64,000 nt of DNA from Bacteroidia bacterium (lineage in GTDB: Bacteria > Bacteroidota > Bacteroidia > NS11-12g > UBA955), in contig JAOASJ010000031.1 in assembly GCA_030158725.1 (NCBI GenBank), positions 6,504-70,503 of the forward strand, written 5' to 3'. Position numbers and translations under genes: made by a program. Positions 10,517-19,925 of this stretch are shown one piece after another (position 1 is the first letter of the stretch; each line of letters opens with the position of its first letter). Under the pieces are notes generated by a model, which ran no database searches, was not told the origin of the DNA, and was given only the letters and a program-made list of their open reading frames with translations.

Positions 10517-10538
10517 TATTCCTTTTATGGTTTTTTTA

Positions 10539-11639
10539 TTAACCTAGTACCGAAACACCTATTAATTTTCCAATTCCAAAGGTTATTGCAGCAGCCATCA
10601 AACCGAATAAGACTTGTCTAAAGCCTGAATACCAAACACTTTTTCCTGTAAATAGTGTAATAGCAGCTCCAATAATAAACAAACCTACAGCACTTAAAAT
10701 GGTACTAAATATTACAGCTTCATATCCACCAATAAAGAAAAATGGAATAACTGGTAAAATAGCACCCATTGCAAATAAAATAAAGGAACTAACTGCTGCT
10801 TCCATTGCTGAACCTTTTAAGTCCTCCGCATTGATTCCAAGCTCTTCTTTGATTAATACTTCATGTGCGTGGTCTTTATTCTTCATAATGTCTGAGGCCA
10901 TCTTTCTCGATTGTTCTTCGGGAATACCTTTCGACATATAGATTAGCGCCAACTCTTTTTCTTCTCCTTCTGGATTGGTTTCTAACTCATCCATCTCTAA
11001 TTGCATTTGGTTTTCAAAAAGCTCTTGTGAACTTTTTACAGATATCCATTCACCCAAAGCCATAGATAATGCACCTGCTAATAAACCAGCCATACCTGCA
11101 AGTAAGACTTCTTTCTGACCACTGCTTGCGCCGGCAATTCCCATCACCAAACTGAAATTAGATACCAAGCCATCATTGCCTCCCAATACAGCAGCCCTAA
11201 GTGCATTTCCGCCAACAGATCGGTGTCTTTTTTCAAAGCGCGCCAAATTAGAACCTGAAATATTGGGACTGTGGTTTAAAATGTTCTTTAATATGGTAAC
11301 GTGCGCCGTATCAGAAAGCGATTCAGCTGTGTTTGTTTTTTTTCTTGCATTAACAACAGATGATGAAATGCTTTTTTCAGTATCTAACAATACACCTAAG
11401 ATATAATCGTATCCCATCACTTTGCCAATCTGCTTTAAGATTTTTGCTCTATTCGATGGACCAGGCATATTGTTGATGTCCATGCCATTCTTTTGCATAA
11501 ATGCTTGCGCATGTCCGTATTCTATTTCACTCATTTGATGAAAAACATTGGCCACATTAGCATCTTCTTCATGCTCTGCAAGTAGTTTATATAGAAAGCT
11601 TGCGTCAATTTCTGTTTGTATGTTTTTTAAATCAATCAT
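10539..11639 (-). CDS. Membrane-bound ferritin-like / VIT1-CCC1 family iron-manganese transporter (MbfA-like).
   Basis: The N-terminal soluble domain is ferritin/erythrin-like (EHEEDANV...EIEYGHAQAF). The C-terminus is a VIT1/CCC1 membrane domain (GGNDGLVSNFSLVMGIAGA...). Confidence 0.6.
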   Translation of the reverse strand: MIDLKNIQTEIDASFLYKLLAEHEEDANVANVFHQMSEIEYGHAQAFMQKNGMDINNMPGPSNRAKILKQIGKVMGYDYILGVLLDTEKSISSSVVNARKKTNTAESLSDTAHVTILKNILNHSPNISGSNLARFEKRHRSVGGNALRAAVLGGNDGLVSNFSLVMGIAGASSGQKEVLLAGMAGLLAGALSMALGEWISVKSSQELFENQMQLEMDELETNPEGEEKELALIYMSKGIPEEQSRKMASDIMKNKDHAHEVLIKEELGINAEDLKGSAMEAAVSSFILFAMGAILPVIPFFFIGGYEAVIFSTILSAVGLFIIGAAITLFTGKSVWYSGFRQVLFGLMAAAITFGIGKLIGVSVLG

Positions 11640-11678
11640 CTAATAAATAAGCGAATTATTGAATACAAAGTTAGGTAT

Positions 11679-14156
11679 TTACAAAGAATTACTTTTTAAA
11701 TGTTTGTTATTAAAATATTTGATTAGCTCCAATACAAGCAGCATAATACTTGCGCCTAAAATTGAAATAAGAAAGTGATAAGTGCCTGGGTTTTGAAAAC
11801 TAAATAGTATCTGTAAATATGGAATATTAAGCGTTAACAAAAGCATCAAAACTGCGCTAAATATTATGAATATTAAAGATTTGTTGTTCTCTTTTAAAAC
11901 AGAAAAAGCACTTCTGGTTTTAGAGAGATTACTTAATATTAAAAAGATATTTCCAATAATTAAAGCGGAAAAACTAATTGCCCTTGTCTCTAATTCTGAA
12001 TGTCCTTCGTTAATGGTAAACAAATAAACTGTCATAACAAATGCAAGCAATAATCCACCCTGAAAAATACTGCGCAGTATCTTATTGCGACCAAAAAAAG
12101 TGTCATCTAGATTTCTAGGCTTTCTCGTCATAATATCAGCTTCTTCCTTTTCAGATTCAAATGCAATGGAACAAACAGGATCAATAATTAATTCTAAAAA
12201 TACAATATGAACAGGAAGCAATATAATGGGTAGATTTTCGAAAAAAGCAGGAATCAATGACAATCCAATTATTGGTACATGTATGGCCATAATATATGTC
12301 ATAGCTTTTTGAAGGTTGTCATAGATTTTTCGCCCACCTCTGATAGCTGAAACTATAGAAGCAAAATTATCATCTAATAACACTATGGAGGCAGATTCTC
12401 TTGCAACATCCGTACCTCTTAATCCCATGGCAATTCCTATTTGAGCGGCCTTTAATGCTGGTGCATCGTTAACGCCATCTCCAGTCATTGCGACAATATG
12501 GCCTCGCTTCTTAAAAGCATTTACTATCCTAAGCTTTTGTTCAGGAATTACTCTAGCAAATATGCTTACCGTATCAATCACCTGGCTTAATTCATCATCA
12601 TTTAATTCCTTAAGTTCTTCACCAGTCATCATTATGCCATTTTCACTAAGGCCAATTTGATTGCCAATGCTTTTTGCAGTAACTGGAAAATCGCCCGTTA
12701 TCATTACAACCTTTATACCTGCGGTTTTACATTCTTCAAGTGCTGATTTTACTTCAGGTCTAATTGGATCTTCAAATCCTAAAAAACCAAGAAAATTAAA
12801 CTTGAAATCTGTTTGCTTTTCAGGAATTTCGTTGCTTTGCGTTGTTGAATTTGCAACACCAATAACTCTAAGTCCCGCTTCCGCCATTTTTACGATTTCC
12901 TCTTTTAGATTGTCAAGCACTTGGCCCTCAATTTTGCAAAGATTCAATATCGCTTCAGGAGATCCTTTACATGATATATTGAAGGTTTCAGATTCGCCTT
13001 TTGTTACCCGAGTCATAGCAAATAACTCTTTGCTTAATGGATATTCCTTTATTAATTTTTCTTTTTCATAATCAACTTTATACAATTTTGCATGGTTCAA
13101 AATGGCTTGCTCCATTGGATCTATTGGATTAATCTGAGATGCGAGAATGGCCGTATGACAAATAATAGCAACCTCATCACTTTTGGATTCAAAATCAGCT
13201 TTAGAATAAACGATGTCTTTTTGAAATACAGAAACCAACTCCATTTTATTTTGAGTTATAGTACCTGTTTTATCACTGCATAAAACACTGGTTGAACCAA
13301 GTGTTTCAATTGCATTGGCTTGCCTTGATAATACGTTTTTCTTAGATAGTCTCCAAGCGCCTAATGCTAAGAAAACGGTTAGAACAACAGGGAATTCTTC
13401 GGGTAATATTGCCATAGCTGAAGAAAGTCCACTTAACAGTGATTCTATAAAATTCCCTCGAGTTTGATAATATGCGATGACAACAATAACACTTATTAAA
13501 CCTCCAATAATGAAAAGCGTTTTTATCAGTCTTTTCATTTCAAGTTGCAAACGTGTTGCTTCAGGTTTAATATCTTGTAATGAACGGCCTATTTTCCCAA
13601 ATTCTGTGTTGACACCTGTAGCTATAACTTTGGCGTTTGCCTTGCCTTGAATAAGCAAACTTCCACTGTAAATTGGCATACCATTTTCTTTTAAAACAGG
13701 AACAGATTCTCCAGTTAATAGCGATTCGTCAATTGTTAAATGATTAGAATCAATAACAATTGCATCGGCAGAAATTCGATCTCCTTCATTTAGAATCATG
13801 ATGTCATCAATGACAATCTCTCTTGAGGGTACTCGTTTGGTTTTGCCATCCCTTAGCAACAATGTTCTTGGAGAGGATAGTTTTTTTAGAGAATCGAGTG
13901 CTTTTTCGGTTTTTTGACGTTGATAAAAGGTAATAAAAATAATTATGAATATACTAGAAAATAAGATGATACCTTCTCTGTAATCTCCGATAATAAGGTA
14001 TAAACTGCCACATGCCAATAAGAGCATGAACATAGGCTCTTTTATAACACTTAATGCAATTTCAAATACAGATTTTGTTTCTGAATTTGGTAATTCATTG
14101 TATCCACCTTTTTTTAGCTTTTGCTGAGCTTCAACATTCGTCAATCCGATTTCCAT
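11679..14156 (-). CDS. Cation-transporting P-type ATPase (P2-type, Ca2+/Mg2+-like).
   Basis: Phosphorylation motif DKTGTITQN, the TGES motif, MITGD and the hinge TGDGVNDAPALKAAQIGIAMG. 825 aa. Confidence 0.9.
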   Translation of the reverse strand: MEIGLTNVEAQQKLKKGGYNELPNSETKSVFEIALSVIKEPMFMLLLACGSLYLIIGDYREGIILFSSIFIIIFITFYQRQKTEKALDSLKKLSSPRTLLLRDGKTKRVPSREIVIDDIMILNEGDRISADAIVIDSNHLTIDESLLTGESVPVLKENGMPIYSGSLLIQGKANAKVIATGVNTEFGKIGRSLQDIKPEATRLQLEMKRLIKTLFIIGGLISVIVVIAYYQTRGNFIESLLSGLSSAMAILPEEFPVVLTVFLALGAWRLSKKNVLSRQANAIETLGSTSVLCSDKTGTITQNKMELVSVFQKDIVYSKADFESKSDEVAIICHTAILASQINPIDPMEQAILNHAKLYKVDYEKEKLIKEYPLSKELFAMTRVTKGESETFNISCKGSPEAILNLCKIEGQVLDNLKEEIVKMAEAGLRVIGVANSTTQSNEIPEKQTDFKFNFLGFLGFEDPIRPEVKSALEECKTAGIKVVMITGDFPVTAKSIGNQIGLSENGIMMTGEELKELNDDELSQVIDTVSIFARVIPEQKLRIVNAFKKRGHIVAMTGDGVNDAPALKAAQIGIAMGLRGTDVARESASIVLLDDNFASIVSAIRGGRKIYDNLQKAMTYIMAIHVPIIGLSLIPAFFENLPIILLPVHIVFLELIIDPVCSIAFESEKEEADIMTRKPRNLDDTFFGRNKILRSIFQGGLLLAFVMTVYLFTINEGHSELETRAISFSALIIGNIFLILSNLSKTRSAFSVLKENNKSLIFIIFSAVLMLLLTLNIPYLQILFSFQNPGTYHFLISILGASIMLLVLELIKYFNNKHLKSNSL

Positions 14157-14206
14157 AGTAAATACAAAGTTAAGCCACTTTTATCTACTTGGTATTTAAA
14201 TGTTTA

Positions 14207-16363
14207 TTAATAAAAATTCACCACACCAGTCTCAACATCATACAAGCCCCCAACAATTTTTATTTTTCCTATAGATTCTAATTCTGCGATTAATGGACTT
14301 TCTTTTTTAATTCTCTCAATAGTCAATAATACGTTTAATTCAGATACCTTATTTACAAAATCTAGATTTGAACCATTTCTATTAATGGTAAAACTTGTTT
14401 CACTGTCAATAGCGGGTTGTACCTTGTTTAATAAGCTTGTTAAATTCCCTAATTTCACATGGTTGCATGCACCTATTATTGCGCCACATTTAGTATGCCC
14501 AAGAACTACAATAAGCTTAACCCCGATTTCATGAATTCCAAACTCCATACTTCCTAGTATGTCTTCATTTAAGATGTTCCCTGCAATTCGGACGCTAAAA
14601 ATATCACCTAATCCAAGGTCAAAAATATGTTCGGTTGTGGTTCTAGAATCTATGCAACTCAATACAATTGCAAAAGGGTTCTGACCAAATGACGTTGCAT
14701 TGACTTGTTGTTTAAGATATTTTTCAGCCCAATTTCCCTTTACAAATCGATCATTTCCATTTTTTAAAATCTCTAAGATGTCTTCTGGTGACATTCTTTC
14801 TTGTGTCTGTTTGTCCAAAACATCTACAAATTCAATTCGATCTTCTGGATGATAAAGAGACTTAATACCTAAGACGTTTACTTTGATGTTTTTAAGTCCA
14901 CTTACAGTATTCTTGTAGTTGTTAATAATGTCCAATACATCTGGATCTATATAGTCTGAATATGTTGCATCAATTATAACTTTCGAGTCTTCTGGGATAT
15001 TCCATAACGTTTCTTGAATGCTCGCTTTGTTTAAAAATGAAACTTGGTTTGGGAGTTCAAGACGAATTGTTTCATCCAAATGTAAAGTTTCTTTTTTTAG
15101 TACAAATGGATTGTTAAAATTGCTTTTTAATAAATAGAAAATACTAATTCCCAAGCCTATAAGGACTCCTACTAATAAATCAGTAAAAACAATTGCTAAG
15201 ATGGTACATATAAAGGGAATAAATTGATTGTATCCTTTTGAATACATGTCTTTATACAGCTCTACTTTGGTCAGTTTGTAACCTGTTACCAATAGAATTG
15301 ATGCCAATGAAGCCAATGGAATTAGATTTAAAAATGGGCCAAGCAATAGTAAACTAAGCAACAAGAAAATCCCATGAAAAATACTAGATAATTTTGTTTT
15401 ACTACCAGCGTTGATGTTTACTGAACTTCGAACAATAACAGAGGTAATTGGAATCCCACCTATAAATCCTGCAAGCATATTTCCAGCGCCTTGAGCAAGT
15501 AACTCAACATTTGGTGATGCTAGTCGTTTTTCAGGGTCAATATTTTCAACTGCTTCTAAATTTAGTAAGGTTTCAAGTGATGCGACAATGGCAATGGTAA
15601 ATGCGATAATCCAAACATCGTGATTCCCAATTTCTGAAAATTTAGGTAATACCAGTAATTGTTGATACCCTTCAAGTTTAGGAATATTTACAAGATGGGA
15701 CTCGTGAATGTATAAATCAGGTATATAAAGTTTGAAAATCTGATTGAGAAATATGCCTAAAAAGACAACAAATAATGAGGCAGGTAATAGCTGTATGTTT
15801 TTTAATCTGGTCTTGTCCCAATATACCAAAGCAATTAATGATATTATAGAGACAATTATAGCTCCCCAAGAAAAATAATTGAAAATTTGAAGCAGTTCTG
15901 AAAAAGTATTTTCTCCGTCAGATTGAGAAAATGAAAAATCATCCTCCGGGTCTTTGTCATATCCTACAGCATGTGGAATTTGTTTCAAAATAAGAATGAC
16001 GCCAATAGCAGCCAAAAGTCCTTTAATTACATTTGAAGGTATGTAATTGGCAATAAAACCTCCTTTAAAGAGACCTAAAATAATTTGAAAGGCACCAGCC
16101 AAAACAACAGCGAGCAAAAAAGTTTCGAAACTGCCTAGTTTTAATATAGAACTTAACACTATCGCAGATAATCCTGCCGCAGGTCCACTTACACTTGTAT
16201 GAGATTGACTTAAAAAACCAACCACTATCCCTCCAATTATCCCCGAAATTATCCCTGAAAGGAGAGGTGCACCACTTGCTAATGCTACACCCAAACACAG
16301 TGGTAATGCAACAAGAAACACAACCAAACCAGCGGGTAAATCACTTTTAATTTTTTTAAACAT
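14207..16363 (-). CDS. SulP family anion transporter fused to a C-terminal beta-carbonic anhydrase.
   Basis: SulP TM core, then the beta-CA motifs SCIDSR (C-x-D-x-R) and GHTKCGA (H-x-x-C). 718 aa. Confidence 0.85.
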   Translation of the reverse strand: MFKKIKSDLPAGLVVFLVALPLCLGVALASGAPLLSGIISGIIGGIVVGFLSQSHTSVSGPAAGLSAIVLSSILKLGSFETFLLAVVLAGAFQIILGLFKGGFIANYIPSNVIKGLLAAIGVILILKQIPHAVGYDKDPEDDFSFSQSDGENTFSELLQIFNYFSWGAIIVSIISLIALVYWDKTRLKNIQLLPASLFVVFLGIFLNQIFKLYIPDLYIHESHLVNIPKLEGYQQLLVLPKFSEIGNHDVWIIAFTIAIVASLETLLNLEAVENIDPEKRLASPNVELLAQGAGNMLAGFIGGIPITSVIVRSSVNINAGSKTKLSSIFHGIFLLLSLLLLGPFLNLIPLASLASILLVTGYKLTKVELYKDMYSKGYNQFIPFICTILAIVFTDLLVGVLIGLGISIFYLLKSNFNNPFVLKKETLHLDETIRLELPNQVSFLNKASIQETLWNIPEDSKVIIDATYSDYIDPDVLDIINNYKNTVSGLKNIKVNVLGIKSLYHPEDRIEFVDVLDKQTQERMSPEDILEILKNGNDRFVKGNWAEKYLKQQVNATSFGQNPFAIVLSCIDSRTTTEHIFDLGLGDIFSVRIAGNILNEDILGSMEFGIHEIGVKLIVVLGHTKCGAIIGACNHVKLGNLTSLLNKVQPAIDSETSFTINRNGSNLDFVNKVSELNVLLTIERIKKESPLIAELESIGKIKIVGGLYDVETGVVNFY

Positions 16364-16452
16364 TTTATAAAATCGTTTGAATATATTAACTCAATAATAT
16401 CCCGCAATTTACGGAATCATTTGCCGCTTTAATATAGAAAATATCAATATTA

Positions 16453-16872
16453 TTAAGATGTTTTATTCTGACTTTCTTTCCGAAACAACAAAATAAAAGA
16501 CATTACAGATAATGCCAAGGTTATTGGTGTGAATATAATTTTCTCTAAATTACTTTCTGAAAATAAATTACCTATAGTATTAAATATGAAAAGATTTAAA
16601 AGTACTAAGTAGATAAATTTAGCCAAATTACTTGGACATTTTTTTCTAATCACCCCAAGCTCAGATAACACAAAAACAAGAATTAATGCGTTAACAGATA
16701 GTGAAATAGCTTCCATTTTTTGCATGTTTTCAATCGTTTTTATTTTTCCACCCCAAACGATAGAAAATGGAATTACACGAAACAATACCAAAACATGAAA
16801 AACAAAAACAAACAAAAAAGTAATCAAAAAAAGAATGAGTATATTTTTTTTATTCATGTTCAAGTATTTCAT
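16453..16872 (-). CDS. Hypothetical small integral membrane protein.
   Basis: 139 aa with 4 predicted TM helices. No recognisable motif. Confidence 0.35.
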   Translation of the reverse strand: MKYLNMNKKNILILFLITFLFVFVFHVLVLFRVIPFSIVWGGKIKTIENMQKMEAISLSVNALILVFVLSELGVIRKKCPSNLAKFIYLVLLNLFIFNTIGNLFSESNLEKIIFTPITLALSVMSFILLFRKESQNKTS

Positions 16873-16965
16873 TAAACAAAGTTAAGTTTTAGAATTTAAT
16901 TACGATAGATTTAAAATTTTAAATTAATTCAGTTGTTTTCGTTTAAAATTGCAACTTAAATATTT

Positions 16966-17493
16966 TTGATTCTGAATCTTGAGCAACTATATCAAACGCA
17001 TAAAAACTTGGTTTATAATCTTGCGCTAAACTATGTTCAAAATTCTGAAGATGCGGAAGAAATTACCCAAGATGTCTTTTTAACCGTGCACCAATCAATG
17101 TCCAGTTTCAAAGCCCAAGCAAATATTAAAACTTGGATTTACCGTATTACCATTAATAAATCATTGGATTTTTTAAAAGCCAAAAAACGTCAAAAAAGAT
17201 TTAGCAACTTAACTTCTTTGTTCTTTGATAATAGCTCTGAAATAAAACATCAAGAATCTGATTTTAAACATCCTGGAATTATTATGGAGGAAAAAGAAGC
17301 CTTCAAGAAATTGTTCGAAACCATTAATCAATTGCCCGATAATCAAAAGACTGTACTCATTTTATCGAAAATCGAGAATAAATCTCAGAAAGAAATAGCT
17401 GAAATTTTAAATCTCACAGTTAAAGCAGTTGAGTCTTTGTTTCAAAGAGCCAAAAAAAATATTGAAAAAAATTACCCCAACCCAAAGGATTAA
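16966..17493 (+). CDS. RNA polymerase ECF-type sigma-70 factor.
   Basis: Region 2 (LVYNLALNYVQNSEDAEEITQDVFL) and region 4 HTH (LPDNQKTVLILSKIENKSQKEIAEILNLTVKAVESL). The start is TTG as the ORF is drawn. Confidence 0.8.
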   Translation: MILNLEQLYQTHKNLVYNLALNYVQNSEDAEEITQDVFLTVHQSMSSFKAQANIKTWIYRITINKSLDFLKAKKRQKRFSNLTSLFFDNSSEIKHQESDFKHPGIIMEEKEAFKKLFETINQLPDNQKTVLILSKIENKSQKEIAEILNLTVKAVESLFQRAKKNIEKNYPNPKD

Positions 17494-17522
17494 TAAAATA
17501 ACATCGTCTAAATAATTATAAA

Positions 17523-17780
17523 ATGAAACCGTATCATCCAATAGATCGTTTAAGCCAAATTGAGAAAGTGGAAGCGCCAAACCATTTGTTTGAAAAAATA
17601 CAATCAAGAATTGGTAGTCAAAAAACAGAGAATTTTTCAATTGGTATGTCATACGCTATTGCCGCATCAATTGCTTTATTTCTTTGTCTAAACATTAGCC
17701 TTATTGTTTTCAAAGAAAATACGACAAACAAAATGAACTTATTCACCCAGTTGAATTCTAATAACGATCTATACAAATGA
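17523..17780 (+). CDS. Small single-pass membrane protein, a putative anti-sigma factor (CnrY-like in size and topology).
   Basis: 85 aa. Roughly 40 aa of cytoplasmic N-terminus, one TM (AIAASIALFLCLNISLIVF) and a short periplasmic tail. It sits 30 nt downstream of the ECF sigma and its stop overlaps the next gene's start (ATGA). Confidence 0.4.
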   Translation: MKPYHPIDRLSQIEKVEAPNHLFEKIQSRIGSQKTENFSIGMSYAIAASIALFLCLNISLIVFKENTTNKMNLFTQLNSNNDLYK

Positions 17781-18220
17781 ACAAAGTAAAATTACTAACT
17801 GTTGCAGCAATAATATTGCTTTTGTCTAATCTCATTTTAGTGGGTTTTATTTTGAAAAATAAACCTGGCAGGGGTGATGGTCCTAAAGATTATATTATTG
17901 AAAAATTAAATTTTGATGATAAACAAATTGAAGATTATAATGCGTTAATAGAAGCTCATAGATCAGAAATTAGGAAAAATGAAAAAGAAATTCATGCGCT
18001 AAAAAGTACTTTATATGCTGGTTTGAACACCATTAATCAATCGATGAAGGATTCTTTAATGAATCAAATAGCAGCAATTCAAGTTTGTATTGAAGATACC
18101 CATTGCAAACATTTTAAAGATATTCAAAGTTTATGTAAACCTGAACAAATTAAAGCGTTTGATGCTTTGTTGTTGGAAATGTCTGACCTGTTTTCTCCTA
18201 GAAAAAAGCCTAGAAGATAA
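17777..18220 (+). CDS. TM-anchored periplasmic helical protein, a putative periplasmic heavy-metal sensor (CnrX/CpxP-like fold).
   Basis: 147 aa. N-terminal anchor, then a helical domain with LTxxQ-like spacing and clustered His/Cys (EAHRSEI, EIHALK, CIEDTHCKHF). Translationally coupled to the upstream small TM protein. Confidence 0.4.
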   Translation: MNKVKLLTVAAIILLLSNLILVGFILKNKPGRGDGPKDYIIEKLNFDDKQIEDYNALIEAHRSEIRKNEKEIHALKSTLYAGLNTINQSMKDSLMNQIAAIQVCIEDTHCKHFKDIQSLCKPEQIKAFDALLLEMSDLFSPRKKPRR

Positions 18221-18221
18221 A

Positions 18222-18878
18222 ATGAATGTATTGTTTAGATTTATTTCTTTTATAAGTATTTTCATAATTAGTTATTCCTTTGCTACACCGCTTGCAGGTG
18301 TTAAAGTTGTTCTTATTCGTCCACATCAAGCTGATTCAATAAATATTGATGGTTTTAAATGTTACCTTTCTAATATTGTCATATCTGATTCAAACAAAAA
18401 GAAAGACTTAAGTCCAAGTAATTATCATTTATTGGATTTTACCAGTTCTGATACTGCAACACTGTATTTAAGTCCATTCGCTAATGCAAATTTACTTGAA
18501 TTTAATCTGGGACTTGATAGCGTAATCAATACATCTGGGGCTTTGGGAGGTCAATTAGATCCGAGCAACGGTATGTACTGGACTTGGCAAAGCGGCTACA
18601 TCAATTTTAAAATTGAAGGCACCTCTCCACATTGTTTAGCAAGAAACCACGAATTTCAATTTCACGCTGGAGGATATGCCTATCCATACAATGCCCTCAA
18701 TACAATCAATCTTGAACTTATACCCAACAAGGCATTTCATATTGAAATTGACCTAGCACTTTTTTTCAAATTGATTTCTATTCAGAATCTTAACCATGTA
18801 ATGTCGCCTGGTCCTAATGCCATAAAAATCTCCAAAGCCCTGGCATCATGTTTTAAAACAGTAATTGATGAAAAATAA
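18222..18878 (+). CDS. MbnP-like periplasmic copper-binding protein (partner of the MbnH-type peroxidase).
   Basis: Signal peptide. A 218-aa beta-rich protein with conserved Trp/His-bearing segments (GMYWTWQSGY, FQFHAGG). Its start is set at the ATG at 18222, not the track's 18090, to avoid overlapping the upstream gene. Its 3' end overlaps the start of the di-haem peroxidase gene. Confidence 0.45.
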   Translation: MNVLFRFISFISIFIISYSFATPLAGVKVVLIRPHQADSINIDGFKCYLSNIVISDSNKKKDLSPSNYHLLDFTSSDTATLYLSPFANANLLEFNLGLDSVINTSGALGGQLDPSNGMYWTWQSGYINFKIEGTSPHCLARNHEFQFHAGGYAYPYNALNTINLELIPNKAFHIEIDLALFFKLISIQNLNHVMSPGPNAIKISKALASCFKTVIDEK

Positions 18879-19875
18879 AATACTTCTTTTATTACTCTCG
18901 GTTGTTTTCTTGGCTCTCATTTCTATTGATAAACATGAGTCAAGTTTTCCAAAATATTTCCCAAAACCAGTTTATCAATTTGAACAGAATCAAAGCAATG
19001 ATTTGAAAATTGAATTGGGTCGTACTCTATTTTATGACCCCATACTTTCTTTAGATAATACAATTTCATGTGCTTCTTGTCACAATCCTTATAATGCTTT
19101 TGCGCACGTTGACCACAATCTAAGCCATGGTATAAATGACAAAATTGGTAAACGCAATGCGCCTGTATTGTTTAACTTGGCTTGGCATAAATCCTTTATG
19201 TGGGATGGGGCCATCAACCATCTGGATGTTCAAGCCCTTGCTCCAATTTCTCATCCTGATGAAATGGGGGAGACCATGTCAAATGTCTTGCTAAAGTTGA
19301 ATAGAAATCAAATCTACAAACAGCTTTTTTATCAAGCCTACGGTGACTCCCAAATAAACACTGAAAGAACACTTAAATCTATCTCTCAATTTTTATTAAG
19401 TTTAATCAGCTCAAATTCTAAATACGACAGCATGTTGCTTGGTAAAATCCAATTTAATACACAAGAACAAAATGGTTACCGCTTGTTTAAACTGCATTGT
19501 AATTTTTGCCATAAAGAGCCATTGTTCTCTGACTTTTCATTTAAAAATAACGGACTTTCTTTGGATACGAGTTTGAATGACTTTGGACGCTACAGTATTA
19601 GCTTGTTGCCAAATGATTCATTCAAATTCAAAGTGCCTACTTTGCGAAATGTTGAATTTTCTTATCCGTATATGCACGATGGGCGATTTAAAACATTAGC
19701 CCAAGTAATGAACCATTACAATTCAATAGATTTAAAAAATAAAAAAATCTCTACTGAACTACAAAGAAATTTAAATTTAAGCAGCAATGAGAAGGTTGAT
19801 ATTATTGCATTTTTAAGAACTTTAACTGACAAAAAGTTTCTTTTTAACCCCCAACACGCTTACCCTAAAAAATAA
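18865..19875 (+). CDS. Di-haem cytochrome c peroxidase family protein (MbnH/MauG-like).
   Basis: Two CxxCH haem motifs (CASCHNP and CNFCHKEP). CCP family hallmarks RNAPVLFN, WDGA/HDGR, PTLRN. 336 aa with a signal peptide. Confidence 0.8.
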   Translation: MMKNKILLLLLSVVFLALISIDKHESSFPKYFPKPVYQFEQNQSNDLKIELGRTLFYDPILSLDNTISCASCHNPYNAFAHVDHNLSHGINDKIGKRNAPVLFNLAWHKSFMWDGAINHLDVQALAPISHPDEMGETMSNVLLKLNRNQIYKQLFYQAYGDSQINTERTLKSISQFLLSLISSNSKYDSMLLGKIQFNTQEQNGYRLFKLHCNFCHKEPLFSDFSFKNNGLSLDTSLNDFGRYSISLLPNDSFKFKVPTLRNVEFSYPYMHDGRFKTLAQVMNHYNSIDLKNKKISTELQRNLNLSSNEKVDIIAFLRTLTDKKFLFNPQHAYPKK

Positions 19876-19925
19876 TAAATTTCTTGCAAAGGATTCAAGA
19901 AATTTAATCGTCTAACCAATAAAAC

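Noticed and set aside
12661-13283. Two + strand ORFs of 136 and 63 aa within the P-type ATPase gene.
   Set aside because: They are antisense to a well-supported 825-aa ATPase with all P-type motifs, and they have no features of their own.
16957-16964. A TAtttTTG match to the Bacteroidetes -7 box directly abutting the TTG start of the ECF sigma gene.
   Set aside because: It is too close to the annotated start to be a functional promoter for that start codon. Either the true start is downstream or the match is chance in AT-rich DNA.
18090-18221. The 5' extension of the MbnP-like ORF in the track, with start at 18090.
   Set aside because: It would overlap the upstream 147-aa gene by 130 nt in another frame. 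The internal ATG at 18222 is immediately followed by a signal peptide, which makes it the better start.
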